Shown here: in pieces, positions 14,583-28,133 of the stretch
Layout: every line of letters begins with the position of its first letter
Position numbering within the stretch: position 1 is the stretch's first letter
Assembly (NCBI GenBank): GCA_048013815.1
Contig: CM106586.1
Coordinates: 10,974,001-11,038,000 of the forward strand
Origin: Setoptus koraiensis
Lineage: Eukaryota; Animalia; Arthropoda
Direction of reading: 5' to 3'
DNA length: 64,000 bases
Made by a program: the position numbers and the translations under genes
The notes under the pieces: generated by a model
What the model was told of the DNA's origin: nothing
Database searches by the model: none
What the model saw: the letters and a program-made list of their open reading frames with translations, nothing else

Positions 14583-14735
14583 ATCAGCTGCATCATCATC
14601 GGCAGCATCAGCTGTTTTTGGCAGGTCGGCCGCATCAGCTGTTTTTGGCAAGTGGCCGCATCAGCTGTCTTTGGCAGGTCGGCGGCATCAGCTGTTTTTG
14701 GCAAGTGGCCGCATCAACAGCATCAGCTGTTTTGG
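14583..14735 (+). repeat. ~26-bp tandem repeat GCATCAGCTGTTTTTGGCA.. with CAGCTG E-box cores
   Basis: CAGCTG at about 14585, 14609, 14636, 14662, 14689 and 14724. Confidence 0.85.
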
Positions 14736-16049
14736 GCGAGTGGATGGTCGCTGGCACTAGGGCGACGGGCCGATAGAGCGATAGGCCGATAGGCCGATAG
14801 GCCGATAGAAAGTGCCAAACTAAAAGTTGCAACACCAACCAGTCGCCAACTAACTTTCGAGTCAGCTGACCAACTTTTGAGAGCTCGTCGTCGTCGTTGT
14901 GAGCTGCTGAATAGGGCTGCTGATTATATAATGTTGATGGCTCATTATATCTACAATGTTAGTGGTTGCATAATAAACATATATATTACGTAATACATAA
15001 TATATTGCATACTACATAATATATTACATACTACATGATATATTACTGAGTGTTGTTGTTGCTGCTTCAACCAATTTCAGCAGGCAACATTCGAGCCCGA
15101 CGGTGCTGAGTGACGGTGTGCGCTAAATTAGCCCACATCGACAGCTGATTGGTTGACGGGGCGACTCGGCGAGTCGAATAAAGCATTACTTGTGTGTTGT
15201 TATGTAACTGTTTGTTTGCGAGCTTGTTTGTTGGCGCCAGCGCAATTTGTCTGACAGTTGTTACATCGTGACAGTGATACATCGTCTGATATTGCCATAG
15301 ACGGGCCATGATACGGCCGAGCCGTGGCTGTGAATATCACTCGACTGGCTCGCTCAAATGGCCCGATCGAGCCATTTGAGCGCCCCAACGGCCGGCCAAC
15401 AAATACAGGCTCCGTATTACTGACTGTGTATTACAGAGTCTGTATTTCAGAGGAAGCGATAATGTGACTCACATTATGTGAGCGATAAATAAAATAAATT
15501 TGTAAAATTTGAAAAGCTAATGAGCGCGCGCGCGCAATTTACTTTTTGCTTTTCTCTTTTCACTTTTTGCCTTTCTCCTCTACTTTTCACTTTTCTCTTT
15601 TCCCCTTTACTTTTCTCTTTTCTCCTTTACTTTTCACTTTTCTCTCTCGCTTGCCACTTTTCACTTTTCAGTGAAAAGTTTTCACTCTTTACCAAACTTT
15701 TACCTAGTGGCCGCCAAGCGGCTCTGGCGAGCATTTGGCATGTGCAACGGGGCGAGCTGTAACGGTTATCGCGGCTGTAACAAGCGCAATAAGCGCAGAT
15801 AAAGAGCAGTGAGCGGTTGTAATTGTGAGCCCGATTGCGCAACAGCACAGGTGACCTATAGAGGCGACGCAAGGCGACTCGTCACCAGTCAGCTGGCTGG
15901 CAGACGGGCAACAGGTAATTTAAGCCCGTGCCTGGTGTAAATAGATAGCTGACAGTTGGACACTTGGACAGCTGAGCGCTGTCTCGAAAGCGGTCCCAAG
16001 GCATGACAGCCCTCGAGCGTTACATCATCATGCCATGCTTATCCAGTTT

Positions 16050-16050
<1 letters not shown>

Positions 16051-16087
<37 letters not shown>
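16051..16087 (+). repeat. (GT)18 microsatellite
   Basis: Direct observation. Confidence 0.95.
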
Positions 16088-16089
<2 letters not shown>

Positions 16090-16971
16090 CCCGGCCCTGT
16101 GACGGGATATTTATCTGTATATTATGTATATACACACATATAAACAGATATACGGCGGGCGAGCGGGCGAAATATCAACATGAGCATTTATATATATCAA
16201 TTTATATCTGGCCAATGCGAGTTACACAGTTACATAACACAGCCATGAGATATGCCAGCGAATTAAATGATAAATCAAATTATTTCTCCTTGTCTCGGCT
16301 CGAGACTCGACACTCGAGTGTGTGTGTGTGGGTCTGGCTTGGCGAGTCGCAAATTGCCAGGGCCGATCGGTGGCAACTGTTAATCACTGGCCCTAATAAC
16401 GCTAATAGATTGCGTTTAGTGCCAATGGAGCCGTTGGCATTCAACGTCGCTCACAATATCACAAATTGCGAATCACAAATAACTAGATCATCATCATTAG
16501 CCATTTAAGCGCTTGCTATTGCATAACCGTTATTTGTGTCATGTAATATTACGCAATAGTGTGCTGAAGCTGCCAATCACATCGACCTGCCAGGTATTAG
16601 CCAGCTGGACAGACAGACGGACGGACGGACGGACAGACGGACGGACAGACCGAGTTTCAAACAAAAATTCAAACAATGTTTGAACATTGTGCGAGTGTGT
16701 GTGCGTTAAGCATGTTATTATGCCTAGGTGGATCATGTTATTACATAACTCACTCTTGCTATGTCTCAATATGTCTACCTGTTGTTGTTGCGCTTGTTCA
16801 CTCGCTCAGCTAACTTGCAGCTAACTGGCAGCTAACGGAGTCTCGCCGCCAACAGCGACACACGGACACTGTTAACGGCCAACATGTAAAGTTGGCGCGT
16901 CACACAGTGTGTCTCTGTTGAATTCCGAGAGAGGAAACAATTTTCATTTACGACGACGAGCACAGGCGAAT

Positions 16972-17023
16972 GCAACAGGTGAGCACAGCAACAGGTGAAT
17001 GCAACAGGTGAATGCAACAGGTG
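16972..17023 (+). promoter_or_regulatory. cluster of four GCAACAGGTG motifs (Scratch/Snail-family C2H2 consensus)
   Basis: Exact motif at 16972, 16988, 17001 and 17014. Function is inferred from the known SCRT/Snail consensus. Confidence 0.45.
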
Positions 17024-20000
17024 AGCACAGCAACAAGTTAATAAGCGGCTTGCATCATTGTCAGTCAGTCAGTGAGTGTGTGGAGCAAATTTGAAAAATA
17101 ATAATTGATTTTACATTTGATTTGCTCATGCAGTTGCGCAACCCGTTGCAGGCCGGCCAAACAAGCATATCATCATCGTCTCGTCGTCGTCGTTGTTGAT
17201 GTTGTTGTTGCTGTTGTGTTGTTGTTGTGCTGTTGTTGTTGTGTTGTTGTTGTTGTGTTGTTGTGTTGTTGTTGCTGCTGCTGTTGTTGTGCCGCGTTTC
17301 CGTCAGGCTGGATGTGGACGTCACAGCGGCAACGACGGCGACAACCGTTGGCGGTCAAGCGCTCTTGTTTTCTGGCCGCGCGCCGCGGCCGATTTGTAAT
17401 TTGTTGTGACTGTTTGACTGCACTCTCGCTCGGCGACGTTCGCATGCTCGGGCCGCATCCAAGTGCCCGCCGCATCCAAATGCCCAACACAAACAGGGCA
17501 TAAGCAGCCGGATAAACGCGATGCGATCCATTGATCGGGTCGCCATTCATGCGCCGAGCCAGCGCGCTCGCCTAAACGATCTCGCCAAAAGCGCATGACG
17601 CCAGCTTTGCAGCCACTTTTGTCTGGCCACTTTTGCTATGGGCACGCTTTAAATGGCGCGCATTGTTATCAATCATTTGGTCGCGCTTAATTCGCCGACC
17701 CGAGCTTTCCGCCGGACAAAGCGGCTCGGGCCGAGGCGGCCGCAAGCGGCGCAGTTGGCCGGCCGTTGTAAGTGGGCCGCCTCGACACACAAATGCTTTC
17801 AGTTCGAGTGCTCATGCGTTTTGGCCGATTTGTAGTTGTTGTTGGCCAAGACAAATCAGACAGGTAGAGATTTTCAACTATTCAATTGCCAGTTGAAACA
17901 ACACTTTTGTTTGGTCGCCATTCGGGCAACCAGTTGGCCGGTCGCCGTCGGCTCGCCAGCGGCCGGCCGGCCGGCGCTTCCGAGGGCCGCTAGTGGCCGG
18001 CGCGCTCATAAATATTCATCTCAGATGCAACATTGTCAGCACAATTGCGGGTTACCCGACGCCGCTCGGCCGATGTGGCGAGCCGCGATGAATGCGGCTC
18101 GCCCGATCGGGCCAGCGGCGTCGGTTATCGCGGCGCCATCTCCCCGCCAGCCGGCCGAGCCATGAGGGCCGCAATTAAAGATCCGCACTGAAATTAAATT
18201 GGCGCACAATTGCGCCGCCTAATCCGTCCGACGGCGACGACATTCGCTCGGCCGGCTCTCGCCTGGCCGTTATCTCGACTCGCCGGGCGTCGGGCCGGCG
18301 CCGAGGCTCGCGAGCGCTGTCAGGCGGACGCGATATCTTTCATTTGATATCGTACGAGCGGCCGGCGAACGCAATTGCGAGTTTATAAATATCCAAATCT
18401 AAACGATCGGATATATACAAATGTTGCTGCACAGGCCGAGCTGTTATGACATGCGCAGCCACAATATTAATGTGATATTACGTAATAATGAATGAAACGG
18501 GAAATGAACTATCAGCAACAAACGACTGGCTGCAGCGAGCGCAAACAAAGCGCCAGATTAAGCGCAAGTGATTCATTTCGGCTCGCCGGTGCCAGCACGA
18601 ACAGATAATAAATAAATAATAAACGCATAGATTCGGCGGATAAATAAACGGCGGGACAGATGCATCGCGGCGCGCATTATCTCGGATAATTTATCTGGCC
18701 GGCGGCGTCTGCGGGCCCGGCGCACTTGTCGCTGGACCCGCGCTTGCCCGTTGGCTCATTCGTTGGCGAGTCGGCGCGGTTTATGTGTCCATAAAGAGAG
18801 GCTAATTACGCCGCCGCGGAGCGGGCCCGACGTCAGCGGCTCGCTAACGAGCCGGCGAGCGAGCTAATTAATTGTTTGCAGATTATGAGCGAGAGCGGCC
18901 AGGCGTCGATGATTTCGGGCATTACCGGGCATTATCGGGCGGCGCGGCTTTGCCGCGTCCGGCGCGCCGCCGCCCGATCGGGCGGCCATCGGATTAGCGC
19001 TGAACCGGACGAGCGATGACGGGCCATCGACGGGCGCCGTCGCGCCGAGCGAAACCGCCGACCGATTACAATTGGCGAGCTGGCGAGCGGCCTACCGCCG
19101 AACCGCCGAACCGCCGAACCGCGGGAAACGCGATAAACGCTGAACGATAAACGCCGAACGATAAACGGCCAACGATAAATGGCTAAATGATAAATGGCCT
19201 CGGCGTGCGCGGATTAGCGGCCGATCGGATCGCGCCGGAGTGCGGAGTCCGCAATTGGCAGCGGATGAACGCCGCCAATTGCGCACTCTTGCTCGCAAAT
19301 GCGGAGCGAGTCCAATTGAAATAGAATCGAACAGGCTCTAAATAGGCACGCTTAGCCGACTGAGTCATTGGGGTTAATTATGGCGTCGCCCGGCTTGCCC
19401 GTTGCGCCGGCCGGCCGCGATTCGACGGGCCGCCGAATCGGAGCGGATAATGGCAATAATTGAAGAGACGGCCTCGGCGTCGCTCGCCTCGTTGCGCTCG
19501 TCTGCCGGGCCTAATCTGGCCGTGTAATCTGGCGGCTCTGGCCGATGTGGCCGCTCTGGCCGCAAACGTCGATCCGTGATCGCCCTCGAGATCGACGGCG
19601 AGCGCCCCCATCCGCGCCACTCGCGCCGTTTTCGCCACTTGCGCTCGAGAATCGCCAAATAAAGGATTATCGGGTTCACACTCTCGTCTGCGGCGGCGGC
19701 TGTTTGCGTCGGCGGCTGTCGCCGGGTTTAGCGCGCCGCAACAACCCGATGACGGCCAGAGCGGACGCGCGGACAAGCGCGAACAGTCGGCGATAAACAC
19801 ACATGATTAACATGGCGAGCCAATTGCGCGGCTCCGGTGGTCGATTGCGTCACGATCGCCTGTTGTTGGCCGCGTTTGGCGCCAAACAGGGCCAACAGGT
19901 GATGATGACCGATTACGAGTGGCAACGAGTGTCGGTCGCCTCCGCGCCGGCCCGCTCTCGTCGCGTCGGGCCGGCCAACGCGACGAGAGCGGGCCGGCCG

Positions 20001-20654
20001 ACGCGAAGAGCGCGGGCCGGCCGAGCGAATGCCGGCAACATCCGCGCCACAACAACGGCAGCAACAATTATAAACAAACAAAGCACGACGATGATTGCGC
20101 AATCACAACAACACTGACGCCAACTAGACCGGCCACCAGTTGGCCTGTCGGTCGGCGGTTGCTCGGCGGTTGTTGGTTGTTGGCCGGTGGTTGTTGGCCG
20201 GTGGTTGGCCGGTGGTTGTTGGCTGTTGGCTGGCCGTTGCGCGGCGTCACGCTTCGCCGCCAGTGGCCGGCAGCTGTCAGACTGGCTCGGCGGGCCGGCG
20301 CCAAACGTGGGTGGTACGGCTGCTCGTGGGGTTGCGCAAGACGCAAGACGCAAGACAACAGCGAGCTCATATGAGCCGCTGATTGCGTAACCTCACCTGG
20401 TTTTGTTTTGCGTTGTTTGTGTGCGCAAACTGGCTCATTGCTGCCCATTCAATTTTCACTGGCCAGCGATCTATTATTATTGCTCAATATGTGGCTGCCT
20501 CATTAGTTGGCCGCTTCTTTGTTTCAAACATATCATTTAGCCAATATTTGCATAGATAACAATCTGAAAGTGTTGGCCAGATTTGCGCACTGCCACTGCA
20601 GACACAATGTGTTGCGATGCAACAGGTTGCTGGCTCGCCAACAGCGAAAGCACA

Positions 20655-20768
20655 ATAGCAATAATAATAGCGATAATAATAATAATAGTAATAGGAATAG
20701 CGATGGTAATAATAATAGTAATAGGAATAGCGATAGTAATAATAATAATAATAGCGATAGTAGTAGAT
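20655..20768 (+). repeat. AT-rich (AAT/AGT) compound repeat
   Basis: aataatagtaataggaatagcgat units are repeated. Confidence 0.8.
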
Positions 20769-21876
20769 AATGGCAGTTGTGGCAGTGCGGTGATAATGGA
20801 TGGATTCGCGCATTCTTCGCCGTCGTTCGCGTCGCCGGCCAGACTCGTCAGCGACGCCAAGTCAGCCACTAATGATATGTAAATAAATCATTGATCATGA
20901 CTATGACACCGGCAACCTTGAGCCCGCAGAGACGCTCGCTGGCAGCGCAGCGACCCGCCAACGAGCGCCCGCCGTCTGACGACCAGCGGGCCGGACTAAC
21001 GACCGGCGGGCCGGACTAACGACCGGCGGGCCGGACTAACGAGCCGACAAATGAAACAAATCGAGCCGACGCGCTCGTCTACGGCGCCTCCGCCGGCCGT
21101 TTGCATATTCGCCATTCGGCTCATGATTAATATTTTGCATTTAAGGCGTTCGTGTTCGTGAGCGCCGGCGCTCGCTCGTTGTTATTAGCGTTGGTATCAC
21201 TGTTGGCATTATTACTACTTGTATCATGAATATCGTTGTGCCGATATTCATAGTGCCGGGCCGGACCGCACAGCGATAGCCGCGCCAGTGCCGATACCAG
21301 TCGCGGTGCCCAGAGAAACAGCAGCGCCTCTGATGGCGCTTCGGCGACCGGGCCCCGCGACTCGAATTTGCGAGATCGCGACTCGAATTTGCGAAATCGC
21401 TGCTCGGATGTGCGATGCCGCGACTCGAATTCGGGCCGAATTTTGCTGGAAATCGCACATTCGCGACATTCAACTCGAATGATTCAAGAGGGAGGTTCGG
21501 ATCGGAACGGCGAGCCGCGAATCCGAGTCGTGAATCGCGAATTGGAGCCGAAATGACAACAGGAACGAGCGAGAGATCGGGCCTATTAGCGGTGCCATTA
21601 GTTTGGCATTATATCACGTCTATCTATCTTGAGTCTACGAGTGCATGTGTGTGCGGCGAGAAACGAGATAAGATCGCTTTCGGCTCGGATAAATGACGGT
21701 CGCCGCACGGGAAGGCAACATGGCAAGGCAGGGCGAAACGTAGGTGAGCGATGACGACGACAAGTGCAAGTGGCCGGCATCACGGCAAGGATAGCAGCTC
21801 ATTTTTTATGCGCCGCTTGATTTGATCTATTTAAATCAGCGCCAGCGAGACCGGCTGGCAGCCGCCAGCGCGAACG

Positions 21877-21960
21877 GGGATAAATAAAGCGAGCGCGGAT
21901 GAATAAGGCGAGCGCGGATAAATAAAGCGAGCGAGGCATAAATAAAGAGAGCACATAAAT
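21877..21960 (+). repeat. ~20-bp tandem repeat with ATAAATAAAG cores
   Basis: ggataaataaagcgagcgc-like units, 4-5 copies. Confidence 0.75.
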
Positions 21961-24263
21961 TTATCCGCCACCGTGCGAGTAACCGGTTTTGTGAGCCGAC
22001 GCAGCCGCTGGCACGAGCTTATCTGTCTCTTCGAATCACCTCAAGGTCTGCCCACCTGTTAGAGCCGATTCGGCCGCCAGCCGGGCTCGGCCGCGAACCG
22101 GGCCGCGCGCTCACAGTCGGCGAGAGCGACTTCCTTGCGAACGGCGCTCGTTCTTTTCGCGTTCTATTCGCGTTCTTTTCTCGCCCGTCGCCGGCTGGCG
22201 GCCGGCGGCCCGATCGGGCCGCAGATAGGGCCGCGGACGGAGCCGGCGATGGGGGAGATAATAACGAGCGAGCAATCGTTAACTGTCAGGCGAGTCGGCG
22301 GGCATAAATCAACAGCGAGACGGATCAACCGACAGCGATCTGGCCCGGCCCGCACGCGCAATCGCTCTCGCTGCGGCCGGCCCGGCGCGACACTCGCGCA
22401 CACTTACGCACGATTGCGGACGCTGACGGACGCTCGCGTCGGCGGCCCTGGCCGCGGGCCATGTCCGCGCGGGCATCGCCTTGACCGGCGGGCGCGCCCC
22501 GCGGGCCGGCCGCTCGATCGAGCCGATTGGATCGACGGCGATGCACAACTGACAACAATACCCGCGCTGGCTCGAGCCGGGCAGCCTTGTGCGGCCAGAC
22601 TCTCTGGCCGCCAGAGATAATTGCCAGATTGGTCGCGCTCGATCCGGCTGCGCGGACCGGGCGCCAATCGGCGCCACTGGCACACAATGGCCCATTGAAT
22701 CGCGGGCAAGCCCGCTCAGATTCAGCGGCTGAATGGCAGCCAGGAAGTGCGCTCATGAAAGGGATGCGGATCGCTCGGCGCTGACCGCGCGGCCCGGGCT
22801 GCGTGCGGCGATTGGCAGCGGGTCGGAGCGGCCGCGCCGAGCCAAAACAACGCCGGCCGCGCCGATTGGAGGGGCCGATTGGGGGGGGGCAGCACGGCGA
22901 GACGGGTTGTTTGTTTGCTGGCGGCCGGTCGTCAAGGTTGCCCGTCACCTTGACGGGCGGCGATGCGAGTGCAAATTAACGGTATCACAAGACGGCGGCC
23001 AGTGGCGTTAATTGCCGCAAGCGTGATTAATGAGTGCGCGCGTTCCAATCATTTCAGCCGTCTCAATTGATGTGGGCCCAGCGTGTCGGGCCGGTTTCGC
23101 TATTGTTTGTTGTTGCTGCTTGCGATAAGTGATCGCGGCCGTCGAGTGTCGGCCGCGCAGCCACCGGCCATGCAACGGACCGGTTGCCGGCAGCCGGTCA
23201 CTGCAAACCCGTTGCCCGTCGGCCGTCGCCCGCTGCCCGTCGCCTGCTGCCCGTCCCGTTGTCACGGGCCCGGCCAAACGAATGCGCAACCGGAGAGATG
23301 CGGACCTGACAGCACACGCCTGGCAAGCGCTGTTGCCTGTGCGCATTGTCGGGGTTAGCGGCTGTCGGGCGAGCCGCCGGCAGCGGGCCGGCCATCGGGA
23401 CGGTGCGCGTTTCGAGCTAATTAGCAATTAGCCATTCAATCGGTCACACAATTGGTTGAACAATCGATCATACTGTGTCTTTATTTGGCCGCTGATTTGC
23501 GAGTGCGGGTGCGGGCGTCTTGCGGCCGCGCGGTACCCGCAGCCGGCCGTTCGCGGCCTGTTTTGTGTGGCCACGCAAAACGCAACGGGCGCACGATGGG
23601 AGCGCATTCCAGGCCGGCATTTGTCTGATAAAATTCATCATTTTGACCGTCGGCACCAGTGGTCGACATTGGGCTTCGACTCGAAACTCTCGATCGACTC
23701 GAAACTCTCGATCGGCTCGAAACTCTCGAGTCACTCGAATCGAGTGCGACACTTGTTGAATCGGCTGTTGTTGCTGCCGTTGTTGTTGCTGTCGCTGTTG
23801 TTGTCGCCGTCGTTGTTGTTGTCGTTGCCGTTGTCGTTGTTGAATGAGGCTGATTGTTGGATGAGCAAGCGGCACTTGGCAGTCAAATTATCCGCGCGAC
23901 AACCCGGCCCAAGCACGCCCACACGGGCTAGCTCGCCATGGGTCATTGTGTGCATTGTCACTCGAGGCTGTTGTTGTTGTTGTTAACTGGATGTTGTTGT
24001 TGTTAACTGGATGTTGTTGCTGCTAACTGGATGTTGTTGTTGTGCGCTCGACGTTGTTGCGATTCAATTCACAACATCGATTGTGACCGCTCAATTGGCA
24101 ATGTCAGCCGGCAATCAAATCAATTGAATTGGATCGCAAACACAGCGCCGAGAATCAACCAGAGCAATGCGATGATGAGCGACAATGAAAATCGGCTCAC
24201 CTGTGAGCCAATTCGAGCGACAGGGGTGGCCGTGGCTCGGCAAGGCTGGCCGTTGTTGTCGTT

Positions 24264-24295
<32 letters not shown>

Positions 24296-25500
24296 GGTTG
24301 CTGTCGTGGTTGCTGTTGGCCAACAACAGCGACAACAACAGCGCCAACAACAAATCGCCCGACAGTCGCCACTCAGGCTGGCAAGGCGAGCGCGTCTCAT
24401 TGTGTTGCGCAACGCCGGCCACAATCAGGTAGCGCAAATGTAACAATTTGCCAATTGGCATAATTGGCCAACCTTGATTAATTGCCGCCAGGCGGCCAGT
24501 CAATTGGTTGCACATGGCAACTTTGGCAAACAAAATTCGGCGGGTGCCCGATCAATCAACGGGCAGCGGCCCGACGCGCGCAACCCAGTGACTGAGCAGC
24601 TGAGCAAACAGCGGCTTTAATTAGCGGCCATTTAGTCACTGTCAATTCACAATTGTCAGTGTCTTCTGGCAATCGACGGTCGCATGCCCGCCGACTGCAG
24701 ACAATTGACCGATAATCGGGCCGGACCCGCCGACAGACGGTGGCCGAACGGGCCGCTCGAGCCGACAATTCGGCCAGCCCATTCGACTGACTGTTCGACT
24801 GACTGTTCGACTGTTCGGCCTGCAGCGACCGTCGCAATCCGACGCCCGAAACGGCCGAGAATGGGAGCGCGAACTGTCTGGCCCGTCGCCCGCCGCTCGC
24901 TCGACGACTGTCAGTCGGCTGGCGCCCTGTCAGCTGTTGCTGTCGGCCGTAAATAGCCTGTGTGGAGCCTGTCAATAGTGTCAGTGACGTCTGAATTAGC
25001 CGACCAATATCGCGTCTCATTGAATATTCATATATTCAGCGAGACCGCCGGGCCGGCCGACCGGCCCGGCGGCAGCAGCGACGGGCGAGCGGCGGCGCCG
25101 TCTCGGAATCATTGTCAGCGAGTCATAACTTTCGAGGTGGCGCAGGCCGCCGATCGATCGCATAATAATGCAATTTGCGCCCGAGCCCGGCCATTCCGCT
25201 CATATGTTTTCTCGCTCGCCGCCCATGGTTGCCAGCCGCGTCTCGGCGCTGGTGTGATGTTAATCAAATTGTCTGACACAACTCAAAACAACGACAGCAA
25301 CAACGACAGCAACAACAACGGCAACAACAACGGCAACAACAACGGCTCGCGAGCTGATGGACAGCGCCCGCCCGATTCAAGGTTAGCTGACGGCGCCGCG
25401 CTGTGCGCATTGTTGTCGAGTAATTGCCTGTCCGGCCCGATCCACTGTGTCTGTGCGTTCGCCGGGCGCCGTCGGGCGGTCGGCGGGTGAGCCCGGGTGA

Positions 25501-25559
25501 GCACAGGTGAGCCAAAGCTAGCACAGGTGAGCCCAGGCTGGCACAGGTGAGCTCACCTG
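25501..25559 (+). promoter_or_regulatory. three GCACAGGTG motifs at exact 20-bp spacing plus an inverted CACCTG
   Basis: Motif at 25501, 25521 and 25541; CACCTG at 25554. Confidence 0.4.
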
Positions 25560-28133
25560 AGCTGTCTGGGCAACACTCTCCCTCTCTCTGTTGCTGGAGT
25601 GACGGGCGCGTCGAATCATCGCGCCGGCTCAGTGCGCCCGCTAGTTGCCTAAACTCGTTGCGTCACCCGTCCTTGTCGAGCCTTCGGGCGGCCAAAGAGC
25701 GGGCTGGACGGGCGCGAACGAGGCGACGACCGACGCAACAATCGAAATTTGAATATGTAACAGCGATTTGTTATGTAACAGCGCGCTTGCGAATCGCCGC
25801 CACGAAACTCGATATCACGACGCTCGATATGGCAACACACTCGAAGTCGCGTTGCGTCGATGTTGCGTTGCGTCGATGTTGACCTGCGTCGATGTTGCCC
25901 TGCGTCGATGTTGACCTGCGACGGGCCGCACTCCGATTCGGGCGCCCGAGCGACCGGCCCGCCGACACGCAACAAGCGCCAGAGTGGTCGATGTGTCGCC
26001 ACTGGAACTGGTTGCGTCATCAACGGCGCCCGCTCGGATAATCGATTTAATTGTTGCCCATTGACAACAATGAGAGTTTGTGTCTTATATCGTCGCTCCA
26101 TGTTGGCGGCTATAATTAAACTTGCATTTGTTTGTTGGCAGCGCGGCCACAGTGGCGCTGCTGTTGTCTCATTTATTTATTGCCCTCTGATGGGATTATC
26201 GCGTCCGTTTGTCCTTTTGTCCGTCTGCTGACAAGATATTCTCTGTATCTGGCAACAGATCGCGAGAGATCGACGAACGGGCCGGCCGGCCATCGGGCCG
26301 CCATTGCGCGGCCGGCCCGGCGAGCCAGCCGAGCGTGTGGCTAGCGATAGATGGACGCGTTGGCAAGTGGCTCAGGTGAGGCTCGCCGGCGCTGCCAACC
26401 AAACGACTTGTTAATCGCTGCCAACTTTATCGCTTCTAAATCACTGACTGGCCGGCTGACTGGCTACTTTATCATTATTATTGCCACTGCGGCCGCTGCG
26501 GCCACTTGGCCCGGCCGGCCGGCCGGCCGGCTCGCAACTGTTAGTGGCCGTCTAATGAGACGAGCAACATGTATTATCATTATCGGCGCCATCTCGGCCG
26601 GCAACAAGCTGATGAATGTGCATGTCCAATGAATGAGCGCATCGGCTTAATTGAGCGCCAATTTGGGCATCGCTCGGCGCGGCCGCATTTCGGAGCGACC
26701 GTCCGAGCGGCGAGCCTCGGCGTGGCCCGAGCCGGCGCTCCGAGTGGCGACTCGGCCCGGCCGAGAGCGCGCTCGCTTTACTAATTGGACGGCATTAGCG
26801 CATGGGATGAGCGGCCGGCTCGCTCGCTCCGAAGCTCGAACGGCCGAGCTGCGAGTCTCCGAAGCCACGGCGAGTCTCCGAAGCCACGGCGAGTCTTCGA
26901 AGCCACGGCTAGTCGCTTCGGCTTCGAATTCGAACTGGCGACGGCGAGTCGCTCCGAATGCGAACTGGCGACTGTGTTTCGAATGCGAAATGCGAACTGG
27001 CGACCGCGCTCCGAATGCGAAATGCGAAGCCCGAAATTCGCATTCGAACTCGCAGCTCGCTCGCCGAGCTGGATGAGATATGACGCAGCTCCGGGCTGAC
27101 AGCTGAAACAATTAGGCCCACAGGCGAGCCATCGGCTGACCACTCATTTAAGCTTGCGCTGTGACTGGCGACCACTGGCCAGTGGGACTGTTGCCGTGGC
27201 GACGCTCCATGCAACAAGTGTCAACAATTAGCTCTGCACACACAAAGACATGTCATCTGGTTGCGATGTTGCGCAACAGTGCGGCCAGTGGCAATGATAA
27301 TGCATCAATGTCCAGCCGTGTCCAGCCGTGTCCAGCCGTGTCCAGCGCTGAACAGCCAGCCGCTGCGTGTGTGACGCAACTCTCACTGGCCTAAATTTTT
27401 AAATTTACGCTCGCTCATTAGGCGACGTCTATTAAATGCATGCATGTGTGTAATTGTGCCACTGCAGGCTCACCTGGCGAGCGCATCAGCTGATGCGCGA
27501 TGCGATACGATGCGATGCGATGCAGTGTGATGCCAAGTTGTGACGCAATGGGATGCGGCTTGGCTTGGCGTTTTGCAGCGCTTCGCAGCGCTTCGAGAAG
27601 GCCGAGGATTCTGCGGTGCGCAAGGCCGACAATCGGCGTGCATTGTACAGTGTGTGCGAGCATATAAAGAAACTCCAACAAAGCGCATCGACGTGGCGAG
27701 TAGATGAGTGGCAAAGATAAAAGCGGCCCAATCAACAAGTGGCCCAGTGGCCGGCTAACAATTGCGTAATCAAGTTAGCGGGTCGTATCATTATATTATT
27801 ATATTGTCTAATGTTTTGTTGGCCGTTGCCGTAATAGTTGCGCTTGATGCGGCGCTCGATGCGGCGCTTGATGCGGCGCTCGATGCGGCGCTGACCACCT
27901 CGCGAGACACTGTCTGCGAGACACTCTCTGGCCGGCCAATGGGCCAATTGACGCATTCACGACTGACCACTCCGAAGCACAAACAATGCGCGTACTTCAC
28001 AGCGCTCCAAGGCGCAGTCCGGCCCGAGTGGCTCGAGTGGCCGCTCTCGCTCGGCGGCCAACAGAAGCCGAGTTCGAGACCGACACTGAGACTCACTTGT
28101 GAGAGGCATCATTAGCGCGGCTGCTCCCATGCC

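Noticed and set aside
427-28115. Hundreds of ORFs (poly-Q, poly-T, poly-C, HT/CV repeats, R/A/P-rich) in the GC-rich domain
   Set aside because: They are by-products of microsatellites and stop-poor GC-rich DNA. They overlap in multiple frames and strands and show no domain motifs.
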